Assembly: GCF_006345805.1 (NCBI RefSeq)
Contig: NW_021836134.1
Location: 186,001-250,000, forward strand
Source of the DNA: Octopus sinensis
Lineage: Eukaryota
Length of the DNA: 64,000 nucleotides
Reading direction: 5' to 3'
The notes under the pieces were generated by a model. It saw only the letters and a list, made by a program, of their open reading frames with translations. It had not been told where the DNA came from and did not search any database. The translations under genes were made by a program, and so were the position numbers. This document shows, piece by piece, positions 12,444 to 25,620 of this stretch (position 1 is its first letter; each line of letters opens with the position of its first letter).

Positions 12444-13604
12444 ATGAAGCTAACTATTTTGTGGGTCATTTTTCTAACATATATTTGTGCAACCTTTAAA
12501 ATTCAAATCAAAGTCGGCAAAAAAAGAACAAATTTAACTAGTTTATTTGACACGAAAAGTAATCAGCGATGGGAAGAGTTCACTAAAAAATTTGGTTAGC
12601 ACCTAAAATATACAATTTTAGCGAAAAAATACAATCAGACAGAGGTGTTAAAAAGACGCCGCATTTTTCAAAATAATTTGGTTTTGATTGATAGACACAA
12701 TTTGGAATTGAAAAGAAATGCAACGTCCTTCCAGCTAAAAATAAACTCGTTTGCAGATATGGTTTTTTTGTGCTAAAAATATTCCAAGACTGAGGATGAA
12801 CTTCAAAAGCTAAATTATTTCGACACAAGAACATCTTTTTTCTCAGAAAACGAAAGAGATTTTTCGGAAAAATATGACATTCCAATATCTTTTGACTGGA
12901 GAGATAAAAATGTAGTCACAAATGTTAAAAATCAACTTGATTGTGGATCATGTTATATATTTGGCACAGTTTGTAAATAAATAATTACTCTCCAGATTGC
13001 CAGTTTAGAAAGTATATATGCGATTAAGCATAGAAAGCTGGTTAGTTTTAGTGAACAAAACGTGCTTGATTGTTGTAAGTATTGTGGATGTAAAGGCGGA
13101 AATGGAAGATACGTTTTTAAATATATCATTAAAAATGGGGGAATCAGCACAACTGAGCAGTACCCTTATCTAGGAATGGTTTATGAAACTGTACTTTATA
13201 ATAGAAAAAAGAATGCAAATATAAAAACAATCCAATAGTAGTCACAGATTATGTTAATACTTACTATTCCGAATCAAAGGCATTAAGAACTTTACTGGAA
13301 ATTGGTCCTATTGGGATTACACTTTGTATTCCAAAATATTTGCTTTTTTATTCAGGAGGTATAAGTGTGTAGCATTATAGGAATCTTTGATGATCCTAAA
13401 TGTGAATACTTACATTTAGTGTGTCTCGTTGGATATGAGGTAGATAATGGAAAAGAATACTGGATCATAAAAAACAGGTATTAAAATTAAATATAAAAAT
13501 AGTTGGGGTCGTGCTTGGGGAGAACATGGATACATCAGAATCGTAAGGAACATAATTAGCCAGTCGTGGTTGGAAATTCACCTTTTTATCCGCTTCTTGG
13601 TTAA
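12444..13604 (+). CDS. Cathepsin L-like papain-family cysteine protease (signal peptide + I29 propeptide), at least 6 micro-introns
   Basis: [16 protein letters not shown] signal peptide, ERFNIN-like RRRIFQNN...[23 protein letters not shown] (catalytic Cys), HLVCLVGY (His), WIIKNSWG (Asn). Introns are 22-27 nt (e.g. 13359-13380, 13478-13502). Apparent 1-bp frameshift before the C-terminal GNSPFYPL. Confidence 0.93.
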
Positions 13605-13809
13605 TTAATTAAAAATAAGACATCCTTTGTTATAATTTTAATTCCGAGTTACCTCTCAAGATGCTGGTTTCCTGGTTGTCATTAGTTTTCTTTCAGCTTT
13701 TCAATGACCGGAAGAATCCTTTTCTTTTTTTTTATTTAAGTGATATTGTGATTTTTAAATAGAATTTACTATTATCCATAAATATGATCATCCGCTGACA
13801 TAGTATAGT

Positions 13810-14200
13810 ATGGAGTTATCGGTGGCTAACGGCCATATTTCAGAAGTACAAGACTCTTTGAGAATTGTACGTTTCCTGCTAGCTGATACAAGTCTCGTAG
13901 TGGAAATGAGGAGACACTATTCGGATAAATTTTCCACCAGGATTAATACTCCTTAAGAGGACTCTCTTTTGGCATTTCTCCTTGCAATCTATTTGAAAGC
14001 CGCGTTAAAGAACGTTAGAAAAGAATTGCATCATTTAAATAGTCATTTTGGGTTGACGACATCAATTTAGTATCTAAGGATGTGGAAATTCCGACATTTT
14101 TCCTATGGCTCAACAAACTTGTTTTTGGAGACAAAATCATCTTTTTAGTGGCAGGTTTACAGAAAAGGATCCTTGTTGAACAATTTCTTTTTCCCCTTAC
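13810..14200 (+). mobile_element. Degenerate LINE RT fragment
   Basis: TP*EDSLLAFLLAIYLKAAL resembles the PQGDSLSP motif, followed by VDDINL. Confidence 0.5.
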
Positions 14201-15073
14201 AATTGACGAGCTGAAATAATACAGATTGATGAAATTAAATGTTAATTATTTTATTTTTTAAATGTTTTTAATTTATCGAATTAACTACAATAAATTATTA
14301 CGCACGTTATATTATTTTCTTTTGTTGTGCATGTATGCAGTTAATTTTTATTTTATTTTTTCGTGCTTTTATTTTTTAATTTTATAATTTTTTGTTTTTT
14401 TATTTGTTTGACTATTAATTAAATTGATTACTGGTAAAATATCTTGCATTAAGTATATTTTGCAAGTGAATTTGTATTCATTTTATCAATTAATTAATAT
14501 GCATTCATACAGACTTTTTTAAATTTATTTCTTTCTAGTATTTTATTGTTTATTTTAAATTTTTTATTATTTTAATTCTTTTCTACTATTCTGATTTTTT
14601 TAATACACTCAACCGTTTTAAATTGGGCATTTTTGGTTACTTCAATTTTGTTGGCCAATTAGATTTAAAAATCGATAATCGTATAACCCAAATTTTTTTT
14701 ATTCGAGAAAAATGTAAATTTTTAATTTCTCCATTATCACTATTTAATTTCATGACCTCATAATATGTCGCGAGCGACCGAGCGCTAGACGCGACCAATC
14801 AAAATTTTTTAATGTCAATCAATGTCAAAATAACTTATTTTATTGATAGATCAAGGACAATTATTATTTCTGACTGTTATCTAACTTCTTGAGTCGTTTG
14901 CCATGTACTTTCATTACTGATCCATCACTATTTTCCACATTGACAGAATTGTTAGACAATTTTGCAACAATAGTGAATGGATCCCCGTATGGATGTTCAA
15001 ACCTGGTTAATCTCAAGGAAGGATTCGTCCCATAATCTTTTTGAATGCGAACCTTTTAAGTAATTATAAAAAA

Positions 15074-18000
15074 CTAGCTCGCTTCGCTCACCGCGACCTA
15101 GCTCCTGCGCAGGGCCTGTTTCATCAAACAACTATAAGTTTATGTAGATGTATAAACTACCTGGTTTAATGTAACCCTATTCTATCGCCTGTTGATAAAC
15201 GATGTTTGTCGTCCGTCCTTCCTTGGCATATATGAATAAATTTTCTCTTCTGCCTACCCTCGAGCATCCCACATACAGCTGTTCATGTGAAAAGCACTCA
15301 CTCTCTAAAAATAACCCAACTACCTTTAATGACTGTCCCTGGGCCTTGTTTATTGTCATTGCAAAACTCATCCTCAAAGGAAATTGCAGCCTTTTAAATC
15401 TAAATGGTAATTCATCAGAAATTATCGGAATTCGTGGAATATAAACATCCTCACCTCTATACTTGCCTGTTAATATCGTCGCCTCTATTACGCTAGCCAT
15501 TAAATTTTTGATAACTAACCTCGTTCCGTTGCATAATTTAGGTGGCGCAAGATTTCGTAATAAAACCACTGGAACGCCTATCTTTAATTTTAAAAGATGA
15601 TTTGGCATTCCTGAGGGATCTAAGGAGTTTAAAAATTCAACCGGATATTCGCAGGCTCTTTCATGGTCCATAATAACGTCCACCGATTTATATATTCTTT
15701 CTTCTCCAGGAATTTTGTTTAATAAATCTAAATTTATATTAAGTACCTCATCATTTAGCTCAGCTAATATAGCTCGTTCACGAAGCCAGTCGAAATTCCT
15801 GTAGTGTTCTGATAGTTCAGAATATACTGAACTGAATAATTCTCCTGCTGTATTCACATATATACATAATTCTTCCGGTAGACTGATTTTCTGATCCTGT
15901 ATATCTGAAGTAATTGCCCCATTTCCAATATCTAAAAGGATATTTGGAAATATGCTATTGACGCCTTGTAAATGTGCACGTACATTTACATCTAAGCTTA
16001 CCTTTTTGACGTGTGTCCACAGGTATGACGATTTGAGGCAGGCATTCAATTCATCCGCAGGCGTCCCTCTTTGAATAATTGGCAGAGTTTGTCTAAAATC
16101 ACCTGCCAATACAACTATTGCTCCCCCAAACAACAGTTCCTCACAATTCTTGATATCTCTATATTTTCTGTCGACTGCTTCGAATGCGCCCTTATGAGCC
16201 ATTGTGCATTCATCCCAAACAATTAACCTAGAATTCATAATTCTATAACCCGCAACTGAATTTTTTTTCACATTACAAACCGGTTCAGTATTGTAAGACA
16301 GGTTCAAGGGAATGTTGAATGTGCTGTTCGACCTCCATCTAAAAGAGTTGCAGCAATTCCAGACGATGCAACTGCTAATGCTATTTGATTGTCGCTTCTC
16401 ACCTTTGCTAACAATAAATTTAGAAGATAGGTCTTACCTGTACAAGATGATAGAACCATTTTCTTCTTGGATGACTCGGTTAATTTCTCTGTATATTTCC
16501 AACTGCCCAGGTAATAAGCTTTGTTCTCTTTCTTCCACAATTTTTTGAAGTTCTTCTAAATTATAATGCTCATCTAAAGAATTTATATTATGAAGATCAC
16601 TGATTGTTAAACCAAAATCACTTACACTCTTACCTACGACAGATATTAGCAATCTGTCTATCATGATTAATCCAATGTTGAAAATCTCTTCATCAAAAAT
16701 CGATCTATTCTTCTCTCTTAATATATCTTCGCACATGCTTTATCGATGCCCTTCCCACAGTTGCTTAGGATTTGCTAACCCACAATGGGCTAGCATCAAA
16801 GTATATAAATACCTTAGTCGCGATGGAGAATCTGCAATTGCGGCTTCTGTTAAAGTCTGATTCCAGTGGTTGTCATCCTCTAAAAGACCTAATTTAAAAC
16901 AGGCTTCTCTGTATGTTTCGCAGAGTACACCATTGACAGTCCGCAGATCAGTGAATGATTCTGGCCCTCGAATGTTGTGAAAAAGTAACCTAATACAATA
17001 ACATTCAAAATTATTTGGATGCACGGTATATACTCTATTCAATGCATCCGTACCTACAATACCGTTATGCCCGTTTACTGGCTCTCCTCTTATCCTTCTT
17101 TTAAATTTCTTTCCGGCCACTTCCCACGTATAATATCTAGGAACATCAACATAATAAATTGTCTTCGCAAATTTATCAGTCCGACATAATTCAAAGTAGG
17201 CCATAAGCGTTGAATTTTTTGGATTCATAACTTGATTACAGGCAGTTTCTTCTGTAAAATATATCCTTTGTCCATTTTCCAAGTGCACCGCTAAATGCAT
17301 TACTAATGGATATCTTTCATGAATCGGATATCCGAAAATTCTCCATGCTCCTTCATTACTGCAGATGAATCGTCCATGCTGAAAAAAGCTTGGCTCGTCA
17401 CGCTGCTCAATTGTAAAAATTGCTTGATCCGATTCTTTATTAATGTATTTACATACATATTTAATTGATCTAATAGAATTACAAAATTCAACATTAATAT
17501 GAGCATCAAAAATCTTACATAACAGTGGATTATAAGGCACCACCCACCTGTTGTCAACTGTTATTTCATTTTTTTTCCTTCGTGGAGAGTTGCAGTAAAT
17601 CCTCCTTCAGCTGTGCCCCTTCTTCGGTAAAGCGGAAATCCATTTTCACCTGTTTGCGTATTATATATTAAGTTTTTAGGGTACCCTTTAGAACACTTAC
17701 CATTTCGCATACACGGTGATGATCTGTTATACATGCCACATGGACCATGTATCATATTTCTTTTGATGATCTCGTATAATTCTCTATCTTCACTTGGATT
17801 TGGCAATTCTGCCCGTATGCAATCGTCTATCTCTGTAGCCCTAATTTTAGTGACTAACCATAACAATATGTGTATATGTGGCAAACCTCTTTTTTGCCAC
17901 TCTACTGTATACATGTGGCATCTTGTCTTTCCAAATATCTGTCCCTTTGTGAGAAGATCCATCATCTTATCGACTTTCCGTTTAAAAACTCTCGCAATGA

Positions 18001-19490
18001 TGTCTTGTCTATACTCTGCCTTTTGCCCTATAAATATGTTATCACTAATTTCTGGCCATTTTTGATTACATGTAAAAGTGATAAACAAATCCGGTGTTCC
18101 GTAATTTCTTACGTACGTCATCGCATCTTGTGTGCGTTCATGCATATATCTTGGTCCTCCCGTGAATGACGACGGCAAAATAACCATTAGACCTACATCA
18201 GTTACATTACCATCATTAATTATTGCATCTCTTAGATGTATATACTCCTCAGCTCTTAGTTTTCGCTGATTTAAACGAATGTAGAGAAGTCTCTCTGCTT
18301 CTATCTTTGCATACATATCTACAATAAACAGAAAAAATTTAATATAGTCAGTTAATAAATTCAGAGAAGAGATTGATTTGAGAAATCAATTGAGGAAGCC
18401 CGCTGCCTGTATGGAAAGCGAGTTCCCTCGGAGTATGGCTATTCCGATCCTTTGTCTTAGCCATACTCCTTCACGAGGATCATTTTTCTTTGTGGCGAGC
18501 ATTCTTCCGAGTTCGCGCAAGAACTCGGCAGTCGCTGGGCCAACAGCTCCTGATGACTCAGCCGCAACAGGGGTGAATCTGTAGCGGTCCCCGAGGAAGG
18601 AATATTTTTTGGTTTTAAGGTTTTCCGCGATTGAGGCAGGTGTCGGTCTAAGATCGGCGCTGGAGGTCGCGTACCCGGCATATCTTTCGTCTCTCTCAAG
18701 CTGCAACCATTTGACACGGCAAGTCCTTCGTCACACTATTGGACTTCGCTGGAATGAGTCATTTGATGAAGCTTGCCGGGATTGGAACGGGTCAGGACTC
18801 AAAATCCCCGAAGACACAACGAAACAAAGGAACTGGGATAACATTGTCTGCTCCAAAATTTCAGAAGGGCTTAAAAAAGAAGCAAATCAACATCGCCTTG
18901 CTTGCCTGGTGTCAGCCTCAAGTGGAGGGAGCGGAGCATGGCTTGGTGCAATCCCTTGCCCAAATCTCGGGACTTTTTTGGACGACGATTCTTTGAGGAT
19001 TGGAATCGGACAAAGACTTGGACTAGACGTTTGCCAGGAGCACCGATGCCGCTGCGGGAAAACGGTCGATGCGAAGGGATTGCACCCGCTATCCTGCAGG
19101 AGATCCGCCGGAAGAGGACCACGTCACGCCGCTCTGAACGACGTGATCGTCAGAGCTCTGAAGGCTGCAGGCTTCCCAGCACAGCTTGAACCAGTGGGTC
19201 TCGATCGAGGTGATGGAAAGAGACCTGACGGGATGACTCTTTCCCTTTCAACTCCGGACGATCTTTGGTCTGGGACGCAACTTGCGTCGATACTTACTCA
19301 AGCACGAATCTCCTTAAATCGGTTCAGACACCTGGAGCAGCTGCCTCAATCGCGGAAAACCTTAAAACCAAAAAATATTCCTTCCTCGGGGACCGCTACA
19401 GATTCACCCCTGTTCTACAATAAACTGATTAAATAAATGTCCTGTACGATGAATCATGTTGAAATCTTGCTCTCGTATCATTAACCTATT
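15074..19490 (-). mobile_element. Helitron (Rep + PIF1 helicase), frameshifted, interrupted by a CRE-like insertion, 5' part missing
   Basis: Rep motifs PDLFITFTCN, VEWQKRGLPHIHILLW, KYVCKYINK. Helicase motifs TGKT, WDECTM, GDFRQTLP, FAMTINKAQGQSL. 3' terminus CTAG (15074-15077) with GC-rich subterminal palindromes, followed by T. Confidence 0.95.
18330..19414. mobile_element. CRE-like non-LTR retrotransposon with a 5' inversion, inserted in the Helitron Rep gene
   Basis: TSD CTACAATAAAC at 18319-18329 and 19415-19425. 3' end on the minus strand (18330-18639), upstream part on the plus strand (18640-19414). 74-bp inverted duplication 18566-18639 / 19341-19414. Confidence 0.92.
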
Positions 19491-19710
19491 TTTCTTTTTT
19501 TGGTTTTCAATTATTTATTTTTTTTGTTTTTTTAATTTTTTTTATTTTTTTTGTGTTTTTTATTTTTTTAAATTTTTAATTTCTTTATCTGTATTTTTTT
19601 TATTTTTTTTGTTTTTTTATTTTAATTTTTTTTGTTTTTTTTTATTTTAATTTTTATTTATTTCTTTTTTTATTTTTTACATTTTTTTGTTTTATATGTT
19701 CCCTCTGTTT

Positions 19711-19902
19711 TATATTTAATTGATCTAATAGAATTACAAAATTCAACATTAATATGAGCATCAAAAATCTTACATAACAGTGGATTATAAGGCACCACCC
19801 ACCTGTTGTCAACTGTTATTTCATTTTCTTTTCCTTCTTCTAACTTTAAAAGATGATTCGGCATTCCAGAGGGATCAAAGGAGTTTAAAAATTCAATCCG
19901 GT
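19711..19902 (-). mobile_element. Scrambled Helitron fragment (helicase piece fused upstream of a Rep-linker piece) between low-complexity tracts
   Basis: 19711-19837 matches ~17459-17580, and 19840-19902 matches ~15586-15645 with substitutions. Confidence 0.85.
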
Positions 19903-20530
19903 TGAATTTTTAGAAAATAACAAAAAAAATAAAAAAACAAATAAAAATAAATAATTTAAAAACAAAAAAATAAAAAAAACAAAAAAAAAACTTTAAAAAT
20001 TTGTAAAATAGTATAAACAAAAAAAATCTCTGCCGCCACGGCAACAACCTGTCTAATTTTTTTAACAGCCAATTAAGATAATGCTTAAGAGCCTTTATAG
20101 TCCGGAGATTTAGCTTAGTGACCTTGATTAGACAAACCACTGGCGGAAATGGAGCAGGCAGAAATGGGGCAGGCGGAGTAGCAGCAGCCAAAAAAGCGAC
20201 ACACAAAAAAGATTTAATCTGACCGTTTTTTCTTCAGCTTCGTTTTTCCTCCTTCGGTTATCTATTTAAAAAATTATTTTTGAATAATAAAAAATATTAG
20301 GAAAAAAGAGGCATACAGAAAATAAATTCTATCTTTACGAAAAACTTCTTTTCTTAAGGTCGTCTTCCCTCCTTCGGTTGTCTATTGAAAAAATTATTTT
20401 TGAATAATAAAAAAGTTTAGGAAAAGAGGCATACCGAAAATAAATTCTATCTTTACGAAAAACTTAACTAAATAGTTAATATTTTTACGCAAATTCTTCT
20501 GATTGCGCTGTCAATTGGTGGTAAATTGTG

Positions 20531-21389
20531 TTAATGATCTATGGGCAAATTTGACCGTTTCTGAAGTGTATTTTTTTCATATCTTATTGAAGGTGGTCTT
20601 CTGACATATTGTCTTGAATTGAAGATCTGAATTCGACATTCGTCCGAAAAAATCACAAATTCCCAGGCCATATTAAACATCGACTGACACCAATATTTTC
20701 GAGCCATCATATGTCGACACGTAGGTCGAGGTTTTTTGGCAGCAATCCTCCCGAATAAATTATACCTCCTCAATGTACGCCTAACTCTATCTATACTCAC
20801 GGAATTATCAATATTGATCGATTTTTTGAGTTCAGAAGCTGTTTTTTTGGAATATTTTTTCGATGTCCTGACAAGAATCATTTCATTTCTAGGAGATAAT
20901 TTTTTCTTCGCTCCAGTGTGAATACGGTCAAAATAGCCAAAACCAGATATGTAACGTTGAAATATTTTTTGGATCGCACATCGAGAGATTTTAAGTTCTT
21001 TTGATACTTGTCGCTGACTCATTCCCTTTTTCAAAAAACTAATAACTTTTTGACGATTTTCAAAAGATACACGAGTCATGAAATAGAATTAACACGTTTT
21101 AGTTAGATTTAAATGGATATTTAACAAAAATAATGTAATTAAATCTAAATAAATTTTAAATAAATAAAGTGGCCTCTTTTTATTGCATGGCCTAGAAAAG
21201 GTCAAATTTAATAAATTAAATAAAATTGGCATTATAATGAAAAATAACTTTTATATTTAGTTTTTTATGGATAATTAAGACGAAAAAAAGAGTTTGCTGA
21301 ATTTTTTAGAAAATTTCATACTTTAATTTTCGAGTATTTCTATTTTTAGAAATATTCTTTAGGTGGCCTCTTTTCATTGCACGGGACTG
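20531..21389 (-). mobile_element. Tc1/mariner element, 3'-truncated
   Basis: TA+CAGTCCCGTGCAATGAAAAGAGGCCAC end at 21360-21391. HTH region then VIFSDE (first D). Confidence 0.85.
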
Positions 21390-21899
21390 TATATAGGTTG
21401 GCGACAAAGAGACATAAAAAAAGAGCGAGACAGGAACAATAAAAAAAGCGAATGACAAAGATAAATGAGAAGAAAAAGAAAAGGAACAAAAGAAAAAGAA
21501 TTGAAATGAGAGATAGATGGATAGATAGATGGATAGATTGAAATTAAAAATGCCACAAGAAACGACACAACACGTGTTTTTTTTCTGATTAAAAATTAAA
21601 AAAAATATTAACAGAAAAAAACACAAGTGTAACGCGTCCGGCTCGTGACATAATAGTCGCCATTTATTGAGATGATTTTGTATAAAGATGTGTCGATATC
21701 GTCATACAAAGGTAAATGACGGTGGGCCGGATTGCCATCATTATCATGTCTAACTACACCATGATCGCCAATTGCTAGGAATTCCTCGTCGTTTGCTCAT
21801 TTTCTTTTTTGAGACATTTTTAAAGCTGCTCGAAGAGTATTTATTCTTGCCTCTTCCTGTTCTTTTTGCAGAACATTCATTGGATTAAGACTATCTTCC

Positions 21900-22900
21900 A
21901 TCACATTGTCTATTGTATAATTGTTACTCAAGATCTCGTCCTATTTTTATCAAATTAGAGGTTACAGAATCGTCGTCGAAAGCCAACAAGCCTTGATAAT
22001 CTTCAAGGCAAACTTCATTCGGATATTTGGCTCCCATAAAATTTCGAATGGTATTTTTCTTGTTGTATCGTGAATGGTGTTGTTGTACATGAATACAATT
22101 CGTTTAAGACAGGTTAAATAACTGCCAAATTAATTCTCTGAAGCAGTTGTTGACGAAATCCATTTTTTATTGATTGATTGAATCTTAATGTTAAATTACC
22201 TTGTATCTACCTTTCAACTTGACCTTATATCCAAGGGGCACGAGGTCTACCAAATATCTGTTTAGTGCCGAACTCGAGGCACATCGCATGCATTTTAGAA
22301 TTTTTAAATTCTCTACCATTGTCGGTATGCAGAATTGTTGGTGGTTGATATGCATAAAAAATCTTCCGAAACAATTCAGTAATCTCTTCTCCATTTTTTG
22401 TCTTTGCAATATCAACAATTCCAAATTTGGAGAATGAGTCAATGATCTATTCATTAATTTATTGATTCTTACCCAAGAATAACCATCATTTTTTGAAGAA
22501 TACCGCCTAAGATCTATTAGATCCGCGATATATCTATCGCGCGGATTTTTATACTAAAATTTTAAAATCGAGAAAAATTGTCTTTACCAACTTGTTGTCT
22601 ACGATAAGATCTCTATCCTTGGTACATTTTGAAGGCCTAGGAAATTAATTAGTTAATTTCTTTTTATTGATAAAGTTCATTTGTAAAGTAGAAATAAAAG
22701 TAAAGACAAATGTACTACATCGTGTATTACGTTTGGTGCTAACTTGAAACAACCACCATCAGAATACAGTAAAAATAGATAAGGCCTATATTCGGAGTAC
22801 TGTGATAAAGAAAACCTTGAAAAATATGAGTACTTACCTAACTCGCATTTATTTTTGTTTTTGAACTTTCGTTTACTTAGTTATTTCCGAAAAAAATTTA
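21900..22900 (-). mobile_element. Ginger-like integrase, degenerate
   Basis: Minus-strand ILHTDNGREFKNSKMHAMCLEFGTKQIFGRPRAPW.....VER. Confidence 0.7.
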
Positions 22901-24059
22901 AATTAATTAATTTTAGGATACGGTCTCTAACGGATTGATAGACAATTTCTTTTGAAGACGGCAAAAGAAATCCTTTCGAATTGAAGATATTTAATTTTTA
23001 TAGCATTTTCAATGCATCTTCTGAATTAAATTACTTACTGATTTTTTTAGTTATCTTGTGTGCTTAAAACAGGCTGATTTCATGAGAATTTCTTCAACTT
23101 CATCTATCTCAGTGAAACTATAATCAGTAAATTCCGTTTGCTCTATCGGATTCAGAATTTTAAGCGTCATGATTATTTTATCGTAATTTTCAATCATTAA
23201 ATCTGTTCAATCCTTAAAAGATAATAAAAAAATTAAAATTAAATATCACCGTCCATTCAATAGATTACGCCATTGAACCGACTCAGGCAAAATTGGAATT
23301 TCGATCCTGCTTAAATTTTTTTTCTGTGACATTTGAAATCGTATTCACTCACTGCATTCCTCGTTTCGTTATTAAACTTCAAGTTTCACATTAAGCTGAG
23401 GCATTTCTCAGACGATACTTCTATTCTAAGATTGTGCTTTCCATATTTGAATTACTCTATTACATTCCAATCACTCTTGGGAGCACGCTCTAATCTTGAA
23501 TGGATAGCTATGAGGATTGATACCGCCTACTGTTTTCTATCTTCAAAAGATGGAAACTTCTATTCAGACAAAATCAAGCATTATTTCTTATCATATTAAA
23601 ATAAATCTTAAATGTACTATTTTACTTATTTCAAGTTATATATTTAAATGGTAGATTTGATCATTTTAAGTCCCAATTATAAATGCTAGATTTTGTGATT
23701 TTTTAGCATTAAATTTTAAGTGCTTTCCCGGTTTTTTATAGTTAGTTTGTTCATCACTAATATTTCTCCGTGTTTTTAAATCTTCCAAGAGTAAAATTAG
23801 AAGAAATAATAGTTCAAAAATATATATTAAGCTCATCGGGTTGTACTCAGATCGGAAGATCTTTCAGTATAATTTGAGTAAATATAGTCCATTTTCCCGA
23901 ATAGCAACTTTGAGTTTAAATCCTTTTCAAAGGAAATTGCTTCTTTGTTTGTTTGCAGTTTCACTTTGCTTCTCTTTAATAACTTTAGGTACCATAACTT
24001 TGAATCTTTTTCGAGCAGTTTGTTTAGTTCTTGCCATTAGATTTGTGTAAAAAATAGCA

Positions 24060-25310
24060 ACTCAAACCCCAGCCCCAACGACCCAGCTGTCAAAACCTGC
24101 ATCTGAAGACCCGAACCACCACTTGCCCTTCGGCGGGGACAACCTGTGCATCGGTTTTCACTCTGTCGCTAACCTTATATAAAAGCCTACAGTGCTTGAA
24201 GATATCTGAAGTGACCACCTATCAATGGAGATCAAAATTCACACTAGTATTGTTAAACAAGAACGCATATCCACACTACAGTCTCTCAAGGATAACTGGC
24301 CACACTAAAGGAGCTTCATGCAAGGAACGGTCGTCCTGTTGGCTACGATGAGTAAGTTAAGCAATTTCATGCTTCACTATCTAACATCGTACGGAGCATT
24401 CCCATGTGCTGACTGCGCACAGAGGACCACTCCAAGAGCGAAAGTGAAGAATCTCCTCAACGAGAGAAAGCGGCTGAGAAACAAACTCAAACGCTGTGTT
24501 AACCTTATTGACAAGGGAAGACTTAAGAACATGATCTCGGAAATTGGTTTAAAGTCCATGTTGTGACAAAGCTGGAAGCAGCCAGGAAATGGCAGAAGAT
24601 TTGTCAAATTTCTGGGACTGTTTCCGCAAAGTGGCTAACCTCGAAATCCTCACCCTTGATGGTGTGCAACCAGTCTGGTATGCCCGCCTCGCCACAAGAG
24701 ATCCCAAACATATTCGCAGAACACCTGGCCATTATCCAGGAGGACAATCCGGAAACGTCGCAAAGCCGGGAGTCGGAGCCACTTCCGCGTCCACTGTCGT
24801 CGGAACATCACCTGATTACCACTGCAACGCACCGGGTCATGACAAAATACCGATGCGGCTGTTTAAGGAAGTCTCCGAAGACTTACATGTGTTCCTTGCG
24901 GATCTGTTTACGGCAAGTCTTAAGTGGGGCTACGTCCGGATGATAAAAAGCCTGCGAAGCCGGTGAATCTCGCTACCAGCTACTGTCCCATAAGCCTAAT
25001 CCCAACTATCTCAAGGCTGATGGAAAAAATCATGGCCAAGCGCCTCGACTTCCACGCTGAAGAGATGAAAATACTGCTTCCGCAGCAATGGGGTTTTCTC
25101 TCTGGGTGTAGCTGCAGTGACTGTTTCATAACGGTACAGTCCACCATTTCGAGAGCAATGGAGTTCAAAGAAACTATCTTTTGTATGTCTGGACATCTCG
25201 AAGGCTTTCGACACCGACTGGCACAGAGACCTACTGGGAAGGATCCAACTCTGTGAGCCTACAGTGGAAGTCTATCTCTGGCTGCGCTGCTTCCTCTCAA
25301 ATTGTTACTC
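24060..25310 (+). mobile_element. Jockey/I-like LINE fragment (pre-RT and RT domains 1-3)
   Basis: SYCPISLIPTISRLMEKI, QQWGFLSG, LDISKAFD, across frameshifts. Confidence 0.8.
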
Positions 25311-25479
25311 TTTTATCTCTGAGTCGGGCTTCTCAAGATATATTTTTGAAAATTTCCTGAATAATCATTTGATATCTGAATTTTATACATTTTTTTAATT
25401 ACACATTTAAAGTAAGTGAATTAACTAACTATGGCTAAAAGGTTTTTTCCAAGATATAAAGGGTCTGCACTTTGACGCC

Positions 25480-25620
25480 GCGCTGCGTATTGAATGGCAG
25501 GTTCCGCGAAGCTCACCCACCGAGACTCGTTGAAAAACCCAGCTTGTCTCCCTCCAACCGTTTGTTTTCGATCCCAAAAATTTCGAAGGCGAGAGGAACG
25601 AGCTCGAAGGTGTTAGAAAT
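25480..25620 (-). mobile_element. CRE-like 3' end fragment
   Basis: Minus-strand FELVPLAFE and WVFQRVSVGELRGTCHSI, resembling PxAxE..G and QRISxAxxRGN. Confidence 0.5.

Noticed and set aside
20100-20220. Histone H3-tail-like peptide (RQTTGG...GGVAAAKKATHKK)
   Set aside because: Low-complexity resemblance only; no histone fold follows.
20225-20465. ~118-bp tandem duplication (similar small duplications at 3741-3783 and 44270-44315)
   Set aside because: Ordinary local duplications in AT-rich DNA with no further signal.
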